From Phycisphaerae bacterium (lineage in GTDB: Bacteria > Planctomycetota > Phycisphaerae > UBA1845 > Fen-1342): 64,000 nucleotides of DNA. The notes under the pieces are model-generated. The model was not told the DNA's origin and did no database searches. It worked only from the letters and a program-made list of their open reading frames with translations. The stretch covers positions 64,001 through 128,000 of the forward strand of contig JASFQK010000014.1 in assembly GCA_050115495.1 (NCBI GenBank). The letters run 5' to 3'. Positions 19,853 through 31,000 of the stretch are shown here, piece after piece. The position numbers and the translations under genes were made by a program. Numbering within the stretch: the stretch's first letter is position 1; each line of letters begins with the position of its first letter.

Positions 19853-20833
19853 ATGAATACCCAGGTCATCGAAACGCCGGGCCGTCTCTCGTTCAAGCGG
19901 CTCATGCTGCGAGCCCTGGTGGTGTCGCTCGCCACCTGCGCCCTTGTGGCGGTCGGGGCTTTGCTGCTGGGTAAGTTTGACGAGACGACGGTCCGCATTT
20001 TGCTGACCCTCGGGGCGCTCGCCCTGCACAGCGGCGTGGCGATGGCCTGCGCCGCCTCACTGGAACGACGGCTGTGGCCACGGCTGAGCCTGCTGGGCCT
20101 CCTGGCCTTTGGGATCAACTTCTGTGTGCTCATCTCCTGTATCTGGTGGCCCGGGGGCCTGGACACGCCGGCGGTGAGAGCTTTCCTCACTACCGGCGTT
20201 GTCCTCGCTACGTACATCGTGGCGATTCCTTCCGCCGATCTGTACGACCGGCGGTACGCGCAGCCGGTGGCGATGGCCGGCATGGCGGCCTGCGTCGCGG
20301 CGTTGGTCATGACGCTGGTCTGCATCTGGAGCGAGTGGACGGATGATCTCACTTTCGCCAAGGCGACGGGCATCGTCGCCGTGGGGGCGTTCTCGCTCGC
20401 GCATACGTGCATCGTGGTGCGTGTTCCCCGCGACGGTGCGCTGATCTGGCTGGTGGGCGGCACGCTGGTCTTCATCTGGACGCTGGCGGCGATGTGGTCG
20501 ACCGCCATCGTCATCGAGCCTACCGACGAGATGTTCTTCCGCGTGTTCGGCGCGGTGGGCGTGCTGGACGCCACCGGTTCGCTCGCCCTGCTCATTCTGG
20601 CCAAGCTTCGGCGGATGGCCAGGCCGGAGCTGATGCAGTCGACGGCTGTCACGCTCGAGCTGCACTGCCCGCGCTGTCGGCTGGAGCAGGTCGTGCCCGC
20701 CGGGAAGTCGCAGTGTTCGGCGTGCGGCCTGAAGTTCACGGTCGAGATCGAGGAGCCGCGCTGCCCGAAGTGTGACTACCTGCTCTGGCAACTTCCCGAG
20801 CGGCGCTGCCCGGAGTGCGGGACACCGTTTTGA
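19853..20833 (+). CDS. Multi-pass membrane protein with C-terminal double zinc ribbon
   Basis: About 8 TM helices; CPRC, CSAC, CPKC.Y.L..L...RCPECG; start 19838 or 19853. Confidence 0.78.
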   Translation: MNTQVIETPGRLSFKRLMLRALVVSLATCALVAVGALLLGKFDETTVRILLTLGALALHSGVAMACAASLERRLWPRLSLLGLLAFGINFCVLISCIWWPGGLDTPAVRAFLTTGVVLATYIVAIPSADLYDRRYAQPVAMAGMAACVAALVMTLVCIWSEWTDDLTFAKATGIVAVGAFSLAHTCIVVRVPRDGALIWLVGGTLVFIWTLAAMWSTAIVIEPTDEMFFRVFGAVGVLDATGSLALLILAKLRRMARPELMQSTAVTLELHCPRCRLEQVVPAGKSQCSACGLKFTVEIEEPRCPKCDYLLWQLPERRCPECGTPF

Positions 20834-20837
20834 CGGC

Positions 20838-21182
20838 GTAGCGTCTCCCGGCGCGCCGGGATGCTGGACGTCGTGGTAGCGTCCGGGCTCCGTACCGGAC
20901 GTCTTCGGCGAGCCATGAGCCGGAGGGTGGCATGCTGAAGCCTTAGGCGCCGGCATGTGCGGGTTGCGAAAGTCTGTTCGTTCCCCGGCAAAGCAGCAGC
21001 ACTGCTCAAGAGCAGTGGCACACCGGTGGTGGGTGCGCGTTCGGGAGCGGGGGCTCATGCGGTGGGGATCTGCAATTTCAAATCTGAGATTGGGCTGCAG
21101 GGGGCTGACCCGCTCGCTACCGCTCGGGGCTCGGACTGGCGCCTGTGCGGAGCGACCCGCTCGCTGCCGCTCGGGGCTCGGA
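20838..21182. repeat. Mosaic REP/BIME-like cluster 2
   Basis: GTAG-footed palindromes 20838-20861 and 20876-20900; GTGGCATGCTGAAG..GGCATG 20927-20957; CACTGCTCAAGAGCAGTGGCACAC 21000-21023; direct repeat GACCCGCTCGCT(A/G)CCGCTCGGGGCTCGGA at 21107 and 21154. Confidence 0.85.
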
Positions 21183-21244
21183 GGGGGTGGCGGTGTGCCC
21201 CTGCCCGCTGTCGCTGATCCCCCGCTGCCATCTCGGGGTCGACC

Positions 21245-21253
21245 TGCTATAAT
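21245..21253 (+). promoter_or_regulatory. Extended -10 promoter for the mutase gene
   Basis: TGCTATAAT about 90 nt upstream of ATG 21342. Confidence 0.55.
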
Positions 21254-21341
21254 GACGGGACTCGATTCGTTGGCGCATGAACGCGCCTGGACCGGCCATT
21301 CGAGCGCTCGGTCCCCCGTTTCATCCCGGAGACCTCGGAAC

Positions 21342-22994
<1,653 letters not shown>

Positions 22995-23009
22995 CCCCCG
23001 CCGGCGTTG

Positions 23010-24434
23010 CTACGCGTTTCCGCGCGACGCGTTGCCTGCTCCGCCGAGCTCGTGCAGCTTCACGAAACGCATGCCGACTTCGTACCAGCCGTCGACATAG
23101 TCCTCGCAACGAACGATGTCCGCTTCGAGGTACTCGAGGTTCCACGAGCGGGCCAGCAGGTACACGTGCACGCGCTGGCCGAGGCGGACCGGCTTCTGAC
23201 TGAGCACGCCCAACCCCGCACGGGAGATGTTGTACGCCACCACCGGTTGCGCCGGGCCCTCCTGCTGCGGACCCGCCGGCCCCTCGCCCACGGCGTGCAG
23301 CCGGGCCGGGCAGTTGAAGCAGTAGCGTTTGTGCTCACGCTGATCGGCCCACTGTTCCTCATCGGGCGGCGCTGGCGGATGCGGCGTCACGGTGCTCCGG
23401 GCCGCGCGGACCATCCCGACCCAGGCCTCCATGACTTCGCCGTCGTGCTTTGCCGGCGTCTCGCTCTTGAGAATCTCCAGGGCCTGGTCCACGCCGATCG
23501 TGCGCTGCTTGAAGGGCCGGAAGGCCGTCATCGCGTCAAACGCGTCCACGACCGCGCACATGCGGCTGATCGGATGGATGTCCTGATCGCGCAGGCCGTC
23601 CGGATAGCCGCTGCCATCCAGCCGTTCGTGGTGCTGCCGGATCACGGTCGTGACGAGCGGATCGATGTCGGCGTAGGCGGCGATGTGCTCGCAGCCCATT
23701 TCCGGGTGCCGCCGCAGCAGCCACCAATCGTCCTCGGTCAGCTTGCCCTGCTTGTTGAGCACTTCCTCGGGCACGTACAGCTTGCCGATGTCATGGAGCA
23801 GGCCGGCCTCGCAGATGTGCGTCAGATCCTCGGTGCTGCGGTAGCCCAACTGGTAGGCCAGCGGCACGAGGCTCGTGGCCACGTTCACCAGGTGCGTCGC
23901 GGTGTAGAAATCGTGATGGGAAGCGGTAAACAGGTGTGAGAAGGACGACGGGTCGCTGAGCACCATGGTGGCGATGCTGCGAGCCACGCCCTCCATCCGC
24001 CGCGGCATGTTCGCCCGATCCGGGTCGGTGAGCACCTCGTTCACCAGTTCGAGACCCGTTTCGTAGATAATCGTCGCCTTCGACGAAATGGCCATGCGCG
24101 GATCCGCGGCCACGTGCCGAATTTCGGACTCCGCCTGGTCGTGGAACTGCCGCTGGTCGGCCATTCGGACGTAGACCAGCTCCACGCCACTGTGGAGCAA
24201 CCGCTCCCGATCCTCTTCGTTCAGCGGTCGCTCGCCGTTCAGATACGGAGCGTAGAGCGGTTCGGCATCTGCTCCGGCGCGATCCGGCTGAACACGCAGG
24301 AATATCGGGATGTTCGTGAAAGCCCCCGCGGGAATGTGAGTCAGCGGAACCGGCAGATACCCGGCTCGTGTCGAGGTGGACTTGCCGATGGCTGTCCGCT
24401 CGTCAATACTCGCCGCTCCGACTGACTCACTCAC
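23010..24434 (-). CDS. HD-GYP c-di-GMP phosphodiesterase with C-terminal PilZ domain
   Basis: LLHDIGK, HHERLDGSGYP, DAFDAMT..RPFK; PilZ REHKR and NISRAG; GTG 24434 after GGAGGAGG. Confidence 0.87.
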   Translation of the reverse strand: MSESVGAASIDERTAIGKSTSTRAGYLPVPLTHIPAGAFTNIPIFLRVQPDRAGADAEPLYAPYLNGERPLNEEDRERLLHSGVELVYVRMADQRQFHDQAESEIRHVAADPRMAISSKATIIYETGLELVNEVLTDPDRANMPRRMEGVARSIATMVLSDPSSFSHLFTASHHDFYTATHLVNVATSLVPLAYQLGYRSTEDLTHICEAGLLHDIGKLYVPEEVLNKQGKLTEDDWWLLRRHPEMGCEHIAAYADIDPLVTTVIRQHHERLDGSGYPDGLRDQDIHPISRMCAVVDAFDAMTAFRPFKQRTIGVDQALEILKSETPAKHDGEVMEAWVGMVRAARSTVTPHPPAPPDEEQWADQREHKRYCFNCPARLHAVGEGPAGPQQEGPAQPVVAYNISRAGLGVLSQKPVRLGQRVHVYLLARSWNLEYLEADIVRCEDYVDGWYEVGMRFVKLHELGGAGNASRGNA

Positions 24435-24703
24435 GGCCGTGCTCCGCAGCCTCCTCCCCCCAAGCTCCAGAGCTCTGTTGCATCCATGGCGCCCCGCCCA
24501 CCCGTATGGCCGACGCCTCCGGTCGTTCATCGACGTGCAGGCGGTCCCTCTTGAGGATGACCTCTCATCCGTGTACAGGCGGGCGCGCACGGCGAGATTC
24601 CCGTGCGCACGGAAACCCCGCCGCGGATTATCAGCCGCCGGTTGGGCCTTCGCCCCCAAGCATCAGGCATCGACACGCAACGTCCGTCGCAACCGTTCCC
24701 GGC

Positions 24704-27226
24704 CTACGGAGGTGGCAGCAGCAGGTCCACGAACGGACCAATGTCGAAGTTGTCCACGTTGCCGTCACCGTTCACATCCGCCAGCATTCGGTTACAGCCG
24801 GGGTAGGCCGCGTAGTATTCGAGATAATCCGGCGGCGTGGCGGTGAGGGCCTTGATGAACGCGTTGACGTCGAAGTTGTCGATCGCTCCGTCGCAGTTGA
24901 GGTCGCCGATGGCTTGCTCCGGCTGGAACCAGTCGAGGATGTGCTCAAGCATGGTGGCCCGAGCTTCCGCCGTCGGCAGCGCCTCGAACGGGAAGCCCCA
25001 GAACGTTGTCCGATAAGCGCCGGTGTCCTTATTCACGGCCGCATTGCCGGCGTTGCCGGTGAACGCCACCTCAGCGTCCGGGTCGGCGTTGATCGTGTCG
25101 CTGTAGTTCGAAAACGGGTAGCTCAGGCTATACGGCCCCATCCCGCCGAACACCGAGCCGGTACCGGTCACGGTCGTCTGTGACACGTCGCTGGTCGCGC
25201 TGGATACACCCAGATAGGTGCTCATGAAGTTCGTCAGCCCGCGGTCGTAGTAGTAGTCCTGCCCGCTGATGAACAGGCATCTCCCGCTATCCAGGTAGGT
25301 TGCCAGAGCCATTTCGCCCGCGGCACCCGGGCCAGCCGCGCCACCGTACTCCACACCGGTGAACCAGATCACGACTTCGTACGGGGCCAGTTCGATCGCA
25401 CTGGGCTCGTTGTCCGAGTTATTCGTGTCCCAGAGGTCGTAGTCGTAGCCCAGCGTGGCCAGCGCTGTCGTGTAGTAGGACCGCACGTCCGGGTTGTTGT
25501 CGTCGTCATCGACGAGAAGGATGCTCGGCGTGTCCCGGGTCGTGAAGCTGAACGTCTCCGAGAACTCGCCGTCGCCACACCCGTTCTCCGCCCGCACGTG
25601 CCAGTAGTACGTCCGAAGCGGCTCCAGGGCGACACCGACTCTGTGGCTGGTCCCCGGCCCGCCGGCCGCGTCGAGGATGTACGTGAACGAGCTGTCCGCG
25701 GCCACCTCCACGTAGTATTCCAGAGCCCCGCTCGCGGCGTTCCACACGAGTTCCGGCGCCAGCGTCACGTTCGTCTCGCCGTTACCGGGCGATACGAGCG
25801 TCACCGTCCCCGGCAGGTCGTTCGACAAGTTGAGCCCGACGAACGCCGAACGCTGTCGCGACGCCGACGTCCCGCGCACCTCGACATCGTACTCACCGGC
25901 CGGAGCCATCGACAGGTCACTCACCGTCAACACCGTCGTGAACGGCGGCACCTGCCCGTTCACACTGAACTGGGCCGCCGCCCCCGCCGGCAGCGACTTG
26001 GCCGACAGCGTCACCGTTTCGGCGAACTCGCCGACCGGCTTCACCTGGATCGTGTACACCGCCTCGTCATCGCCCGGCAGGCACAGGTCCTGCGTCGCCG
26101 GCGTCGCGACCATCTTGAACCCATGGCCACCCGGCAAATACAGCGCGGGATCACCCATCAGGTTGAACATCTCCGCCATGTTCCGCCGCACGTCCTCCGT
26201 GAAGTAGGTGTCGTTGATCAGGCGGTAGATGCCCGCCTGCCAAGCCGGCCCCACCTCCCAGATGTCGTCAACGAAGAAGGACTCGAAGAAATACTTCTCC
26301 AGTCGGCGTGAGGACTCCCATTGATCCCCGCCGTAGTAGATGAACGTCGAGGCCGAGATGTAGGCCGCGGCTCCCTTCCCGATCGCCCGCTGCCACGTCT
26401 CCGCGTAGCACTCCGGGTACTCGAAGTGCGTCGTGCTGCACGAGAAACCGAAGACCAGGCCGTACAGGTTCTCGTTGTCCAGGGCGTTCACGTTGCCCTG
26501 CTCGAAGGACGGCGCCCACCAGCCCTCGCTACCGCTGTGCCCGAAGTACACCGTGAACAGGCAGCCCTCGTTCACGGCGTTGGTGACATCGCTCGTGTTT
26601 CCACCCAGCCGGGCGTAGATCTTCACGCTCTCGAATTCGGCAGGGTCCAGGTAGTTGGCGATTACCCAGTTGTGCGTCTCTTCGGCCCCGCTGCCGGTGT
26701 CGTTGGTGGCCAGCAGCGCCGCCCGACGCACGTAGTCCGGATTCGGGTAAATGCCGCTCTCCACCACCATGATCTTGTCGACGATGTATTCGAGCATGTC
26801 CGGGTCGGTGGCGGAAAGCCGCCCGATGAAGACGTCCGGATACCAGTCGTCGCCCGGATCCATGCAGGCGTACGGCAGGTCAGTCGTCGCGTGCTTCGTT
26901 GCGCCGCCCGACCAGTGCGGAATGGTGTACGTGTCCGAGGTCGAACCGCTCGTGTCGCCCACGAGCACGATGTAGTCCGGCGCGTCGGGCGTTCCCCATG
27001 ACTCCTGGATTGTCTCTTTGATCGTCGTGTTGCTCGTCCCGGACGGAACCAGGTACAATGTCACGTTGAAGCCGGTCCCGTTGCGCAGCGCGATCAGATT
27101 GTTGAGGCCGGTCGAGTTGTTGTAGCCCTCGGCGGCCACGATCAGGTAATTGCCCCCGCCCGCGCTCGCCGCCATCACGACGCCCGCGGCCAGGCATACG
27201 GCCAACAACCTCTTCACTCCCTGCAT
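24704..27226 (-). CDS. Secreted C25 (gingipain-like) cysteine peptidase with FN3-like domain and dockerin-like C-terminus
   Basis: AAGGAG RBS; YIVLVGD, TDLPY, PDVFIGRL, YFGHSG (His), FSCST (Cys), NLMGDPAL; YYWHVRA.N.CG; dockerin. Confidence 0.88.
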   Translation of the reverse strand: MQGVKRLLAVCLAAGVVMAASAGGGNYLIVAAEGYNNSTGLNNLIALRNGTGFNVTLYLVPSGTSNTTIKETIQESWGTPDAPDYIVLVGDTSGSTSDTYTIPHWSGGATKHATTDLPYACMDPGDDWYPDVFIGRLSATDPDMLEYIVDKIMVVESGIYPNPDYVRRAALLATNDTGSGAEETHNWVIANYLDPAEFESVKIYARLGGNTSDVTNAVNEGCLFTVYFGHSGSEGWWAPSFEQGNVNALDNENLYGLVFGFSCSTTHFEYPECYAETWQRAIGKGAAAYISASTFIYYGGDQWESSRRLEKYFFESFFVDDIWEVGPAWQAGIYRLINDTYFTEDVRRNMAEMFNLMGDPALYLPGGHGFKMVATPATQDLCLPGDDEAVYTIQVKPVGEFAETVTLSAKSLPAGAAAQFSVNGQVPPFTTVLTVSDLSMAPAGEYDVEVRGTSASRQRSAFVGLNLSNDLPGTVTLVSPGNGETNVTLAPELVWNAASGALEYYVEVAADSSFTYILDAAGGPGTSHRVGVALEPLRTYYWHVRAENGCGDGEFSETFSFTTRDTPSILLVDDDDNNPDVRSYYTTALATLGYDYDLWDTNNSDNEPSAIELAPYEVVIWFTGVEYGGAAGPGAAGEMALATYLDSGRCLFISGQDYYYDRGLTNFMSTYLGVSSATSDVSQTTVTGTGSVFGGMGPYSLSYPFSNYSDTINADPDAEVAFTGNAGNAAVNKDTGAYRTTFWGFPFEALPTAEARATMLEHILDWFQPEQAIGDLNCDGAIDNFDVNAFIKALTATPPDYLEYYAAYPGCNRMLADVNGDGNVDNFDIGPFVDLLLPPP

Positions 27227-27438
27227 GGGTTTTCTCCTTTCGGCCTTCCCATCCCATCGAATCGAGGACCTGCCGGCAGACAACCTCTCTTCCTGCGCGG
27301 TTGACGTGGTGCCGTCGCGCACAACCTCCTCCTCACCCGAACGCCCCCACCGCCCGGGGTTGCCGGCATTTCACGTTCAGTTTACACAGATTACCCCCCG
27401 GCGCCCCTCCCTTTTTTGGCCCCTTTCCCGCACCCGTG

Positions 27439-27669
27439 CTAGTCGAACCAGTCCTCGATGTCGTCGAGTACGTCGTCCAGCCAGTCGTCCACGTCGTGGC
27501 GACGGTGGTGATGGTCGTTGACGTCGTCGGCCCAGTCGTCGAGCGTGTCCGACGCGTTATCCAGGAAGTCCGCCGCCTCCCGCAGATAGTCGTCGCACCC
27601 CACGTTCATCGACAGGAGCAAAGCGGCCACAGCGAACAGGGCGGCAAGCGGCACGGCTTGGCGGCGCAT
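27439..27669 (-). CDS. Small Asp-rich lipoprotein with His cluster
   Basis: Signal peptide and NVGC lipobox; 19 Asp in the 51 residues after Cys; HHHRRH. Confidence 0.65.
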   Translation of the reverse strand: MRRQAVPLAALFAVAALLLSMNVGCDDYLREAADFLDNASDTLDDWADDVNDHHHRRHDVDDWLDDVLDDIEDWFD

Positions 27670-27822
27670 GGCGGTTACCCTCGATGACGGCGCCTGCGGA
27701 ACACACTGCGAGCCACCCCGGCTCGACAGCCGTTCCACGGATTCCATTCTGCTAGACACAGTCTTCCCCCCGGCGTTAGCGGACCGCCCCCGCCGCCGGT
27801 CAACAGCCCCGCGAACAGGCGC

Positions 27823-28053
27823 TCACGGCGTCCCGACGAGGCCCGAGGTCGCTCCCTTCTCGATGCCCGATAACTCAGCCTCCGGTCCGCCAAATAGGTT
27901 TTGCAGGCTACGCAGCGCCCGCCGTTCCTGCTTCAGGGCGTCCTTGTAAGTGCTGGTCATCGTGTGGCGAATCTCGGGGCCGATCTCGCGGAGGGCCGCC
28001 TCGACGAGTTGAAGCACCAGTGTCTGTTGTTCTGAGGTCAGCTCAACCTTCAT
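27823..28053 (-). CDS. Small hypothetical protein
   Basis: AAGGAGG RBS; MKVELTSEQQ..L..L.EI.HT....YK..LK helical pattern. Confidence 0.65.
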   Translation of the reverse strand: MKVELTSEQQTLVLQLVEAALREIGPEIRHTMTSTYKDALKQERRALRSLQNLFGGPEAELSGIEKGATSGLVGTP

Positions 28054-28135
28054 GCCTGATCCTCCTTGCATCTATCTCAATTATACAGCATGATTTGCGC
28101 CCCTCATGCCCGAGTTGCGGAAGGGAGCGCCTTAT

Positions 28136-28807
28136 ATGGCGAGCTACTACGACGAGCACCTCGCCGCCGACCATTTGAAGCGGTGCTACGACCTCGCCCC
28201 GCCGCGCGTGCGGCGGTATCTCGCCGCGGAAATCCGGCATGTCGTGTCCCGGATTCGACGCACCGACGCGGTCCTGGAGCTCGGCTGCGGCTATGGACGC
28301 GTTCTGCGTGAGCTGTCGCCACACTGCGCAACCGTCACAGGCATCGACACGTCGGCGTCGAGCATCGCCCTCGCCCGCGATACGCTTCGCGATCTCGCGA
28401 ACTGCCGAGTTATTGAGATGAACGCCGCGGCGCTCGAGTTCTCGGACCACGCCTTCGACGTGACCTGCTGCATCCAGAACGGCGTGTCGGCGTTCAAGGT
28501 CGATCCCCCCCTGCTGCTCGCCGAGTGCATGCGTGTCACTCGCCCTGGCGGGCGCGTGCTGCTGTCGAGCTACGCCGAGCGGTTCTGGCCGGACCGGCTC
28601 GCGTGGTTTGAGCTTCAGGCGGACGCCGGCCTGCTCGGCCCAATCGACCGCGAGGCCACGGGCGACGGGGTCATCGTGTGCAAGGACGGGTTCCGGGCCA
28701 CGACCTTCAGCCCCGACCAGTTTCGTGCGCTGGTCGCGGCGGCGGGCCTGGCGGCCCACGTCGAGGAAGTGGACGAATCAAGCGTGTTCTGTGAGGTGCA
28801 ATGCTGA
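28136..28807 (+). CDS. Class I SAM-dependent methyltransferase
   Basis: VLELGCGYG, GIDTS, FDVTCC, RVTRPGG; GGGAG RBS. Confidence 0.9.
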   Translation: MASYYDEHLAADHLKRCYDLAPPRVRRYLAAEIRHVVSRIRRTDAVLELGCGYGRVLRELSPHCATVTGIDTSASSIALARDTLRDLANCRVIEMNAAALEFSDHAFDVTCCIQNGVSAFKVDPPLLLAECMRVTRPGGRVLLSSYAERFWPDRLAWFELQADAGLLGPIDREATGDGVIVCKDGFRATTFSPDQFRALVAAAGLAAHVEEVDESSVFCEVQC

Positions 28808-28810
28808 GGG

Positions 28811-30799
28811 CTACGGCCGTCGTCGGCGAAGCGTGAGGAACGCGCCGAAACCGATCACGGTGACGCCGTACGTGCTCATCCCGAGGGGGCCGCACGCACC
28901 ACAGCTTATCGGAAGCGTCACGCCCCCGTCGGCGTCATCACCGCCGGTGCTGTCGGTCGTGCCATCGGCGTCGTCCTGCGGCAGGCCGCTGGTGCCGTCG
29001 GCATCGTCGTCACCGCCGTCGGCGCCGCCGGTGTCTTCGCACACGTCGCCGATGCCGTCGCCGTCCGAGTCGGTCTGGTCGGCGTTCTCGATGTACGGGC
29101 AATTGTCGTCGCAATCGAGCACGCCGTCGCCGTCGGTGTCGATGTCGGGCGTGCCGCAGCCGCAGTCGCCGGGAGCGGTCTTGCCGGGATCGTTCGGGCA
29201 ATCGTCGGCGCTGTCGGGCGTACCGTCGTTGTCGGCGTCGGGCACGAGGCCGGCGTCGCGCGTGTTGTCGGTCGCGTGCGAGGCGACGGTGAATATGGCC
29301 GTCCGACCGGTGTCGGCGTTTGCATCCGAGTCGAGTCCGTCATCGCCGCCCTGGTCCTGAAGCGTGAGGGCGTACCCGACGGGCGTAACGAAGCGCAGGT
29401 AGTAGTCGCCGGCCACGACGCTTAGGCTGTACGCGCCGCTGTTGTCGGTGGTCGTGTTGCTGATCAGCTCGTCATCGGCGTCGCCGGCGGTTCCATTGGC
29501 ACCGGGGTAGTACACGAGCACGAGCGCGTTGGCCACGCCCGTCTCACCGCCGTCCTGGACACCGTCCTCGTCGGTATCGCCGAAGACAAGGTCGCCGATC
29601 GTGGAGAACACCGCCATACCCGCATCGACGTTCTCCGCATCCTCGCCCGAGGCGACCCAGAACGGGTTTGTCTTGCCGGTGGACGGCTCGGCGTCGCTGT
29701 CGACGGTGTCGTCGCTGCCGCGATCCCGCTGCGTGAGCGAGAGGTTCGACGCGCCCGGCGGCGTGAAGCTCACGTAGTACCGGCCGGGGACGAGGTTCGT
29801 GAAGCTGTACGTCCCGCTGGTGGACTGATCGCCGCCGACCTGCGTTGGCGTGCCGTCGTCGGCCACGCGGTACAACTTCACGGTGGCGTTGCCCGTGATG
29901 TCGCCTTCGCTGTTGTCCTGGAGGCCGTCGCCGTCCTCGTCGTGGAAGACGCGGCCGGAAACGCCGGCGTACTCGTAGAGGCCGGCGTCACGCTCGGTGT
30001 CATCCTCGCCGACGGTCACTTCGAAGCGCGCGGTGCGGCCGGTGCCGGTGTCCACGTCGCTGTCCACAGTCGTGTCGCTGCCCTGGCTCTGCGCCGTGAA
30101 GTGGTAGCCCGTGGGCAGATCGACCTGCACGTAGTAGAAGTCGTGGAGCACGTTCGTGAACGTGTACTTGCCGTCGTCGTCGGTGGTGGTGACGTCCATC
30201 TGCACGTCGTCGCCATCGCCGACCGTGGTGTTCACCGGGTCGATGAGGCGCACGGTCACGTCGGCCAGGCCGGTCTCGCCGGAATCCTGGATACCGTCGC
30301 CATCGTCATCGATGAAGACGAAGTCGCCGATCGACGCCGGCAGCACGAGGCCGCAATCGACTGTGTCGTCGAGTTCGCCGGCGGTCGCCAGGGTAATCGT
30401 GGCGGTGCGGCCGTCGTGGTCGGCGACGCTGTCACCGCCGGTGATGGTGAAGATCCGCCCGGTCGGGGCGGTGAAGATGACGTAGTAGGTGCCGGTAGCG
30501 AGGCCGGAGAAGAGGTACGCGCCGGAGTTGTCGGACGTCGTCGTGCTGATCAGGTTGTCGTCGCCGTTGTAGGCGGTGCCGTCGGCGCCGCGGTCGTAGA
30601 GGCGGATGGTCACGGCGGACACGCCGGTCTCGCCGTCGCCGGGCTCGTAGTTGCCATCGCCGTCGACGTCGTAGAAGACCAGATCGCCGATGGAGGCCGC
30701 CTGGGCGCTCCCGCCGGGAACAAGGAGTAGCGCCACGAGCAACAACACGGTGGCCCAGCTCATGCCCATCCAGCCAGTCGATCGCGTTCCCTGCTGCAT
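28811..30799 (-). CDS. Surface protein with four SdrD B-like domains, TSP3-like Ca-binding repeats and a CG-TM-RRRR C-terminus
   Basis: IGD.VF.D.DGDG.QD.GE.G...V.V.L...TTTD..G.Y.F repeats; DNCP...NADQ.DSDGDGIGD.C; tail CGACGPLG-hydrophobic-RRRRP. Confidence 0.85.
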   Translation of the reverse strand: MQQGTRSTGWMGMSWATVLLLVALLLVPGGSAQAASIGDLVFYDVDGDGNYEPGDGETGVSAVTIRLYDRGADGTAYNGDDNLISTTTSDNSGAYLFSGLATGTYYVIFTAPTGRIFTITGGDSVADHDGRTATITLATAGELDDTVDCGLVLPASIGDFVFIDDDGDGIQDSGETGLADVTVRLIDPVNTTVGDGDDVQMDVTTTDDDGKYTFTNVLHDFYYVQVDLPTGYHFTAQSQGSDTTVDSDVDTGTGRTARFEVTVGEDDTERDAGLYEYAGVSGRVFHDEDGDGLQDNSEGDITGNATVKLYRVADDGTPTQVGGDQSTSGTYSFTNLVPGRYYVSFTPPGASNLSLTQRDRGSDDTVDSDAEPSTGKTNPFWVASGEDAENVDAGMAVFSTIGDLVFGDTDEDGVQDGGETGVANALVLVYYPGANGTAGDADDELISNTTTDNSGAYSLSVVAGDYYLRFVTPVGYALTLQDQGGDDGLDSDANADTGRTAIFTVASHATDNTRDAGLVPDADNDGTPDSADDCPNDPGKTAPGDCGCGTPDIDTDGDGVLDCDDNCPYIENADQTDSDGDGIGDVCEDTGGADGGDDDADGTSGLPQDDADGTTDSTGGDDADGGVTLPISCGACGPLGMSTYGVTVIGFGAFLTLRRRRP

Positions 30800-31000
30800 T
30801 GTTCGTCCCTCGCCAATCCGGGCGCCCGGTGAGGCGATCCGGGTAAGCCACTGCCCGAAGACACTGCCGCCCGCGCCCGCCGAAGCGCGGACGCGGTCCG
30901 CCCGCTGGTGGTTATCGGCACCAGTCGTCGGGTCGGTTTAGCCGTTCGCACGGACTGCGCGGACGATGCCGGGCGAGGCCCGCCTGCCTACAATCCCCGC

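Noticed and set aside
20955..21341. N-terminal extension of the mutase ORF
   Set aside because: Runs through REP repeats and lies upstream of or across a TGCTATAAT promoter.
24435..24703. c-di-GMP riboswitch upstream of the HD-GYP gene
   Set aside because: No class I or II consensus recognised; only a short palindrome CCGTGCGCACGG at 24601-24612.
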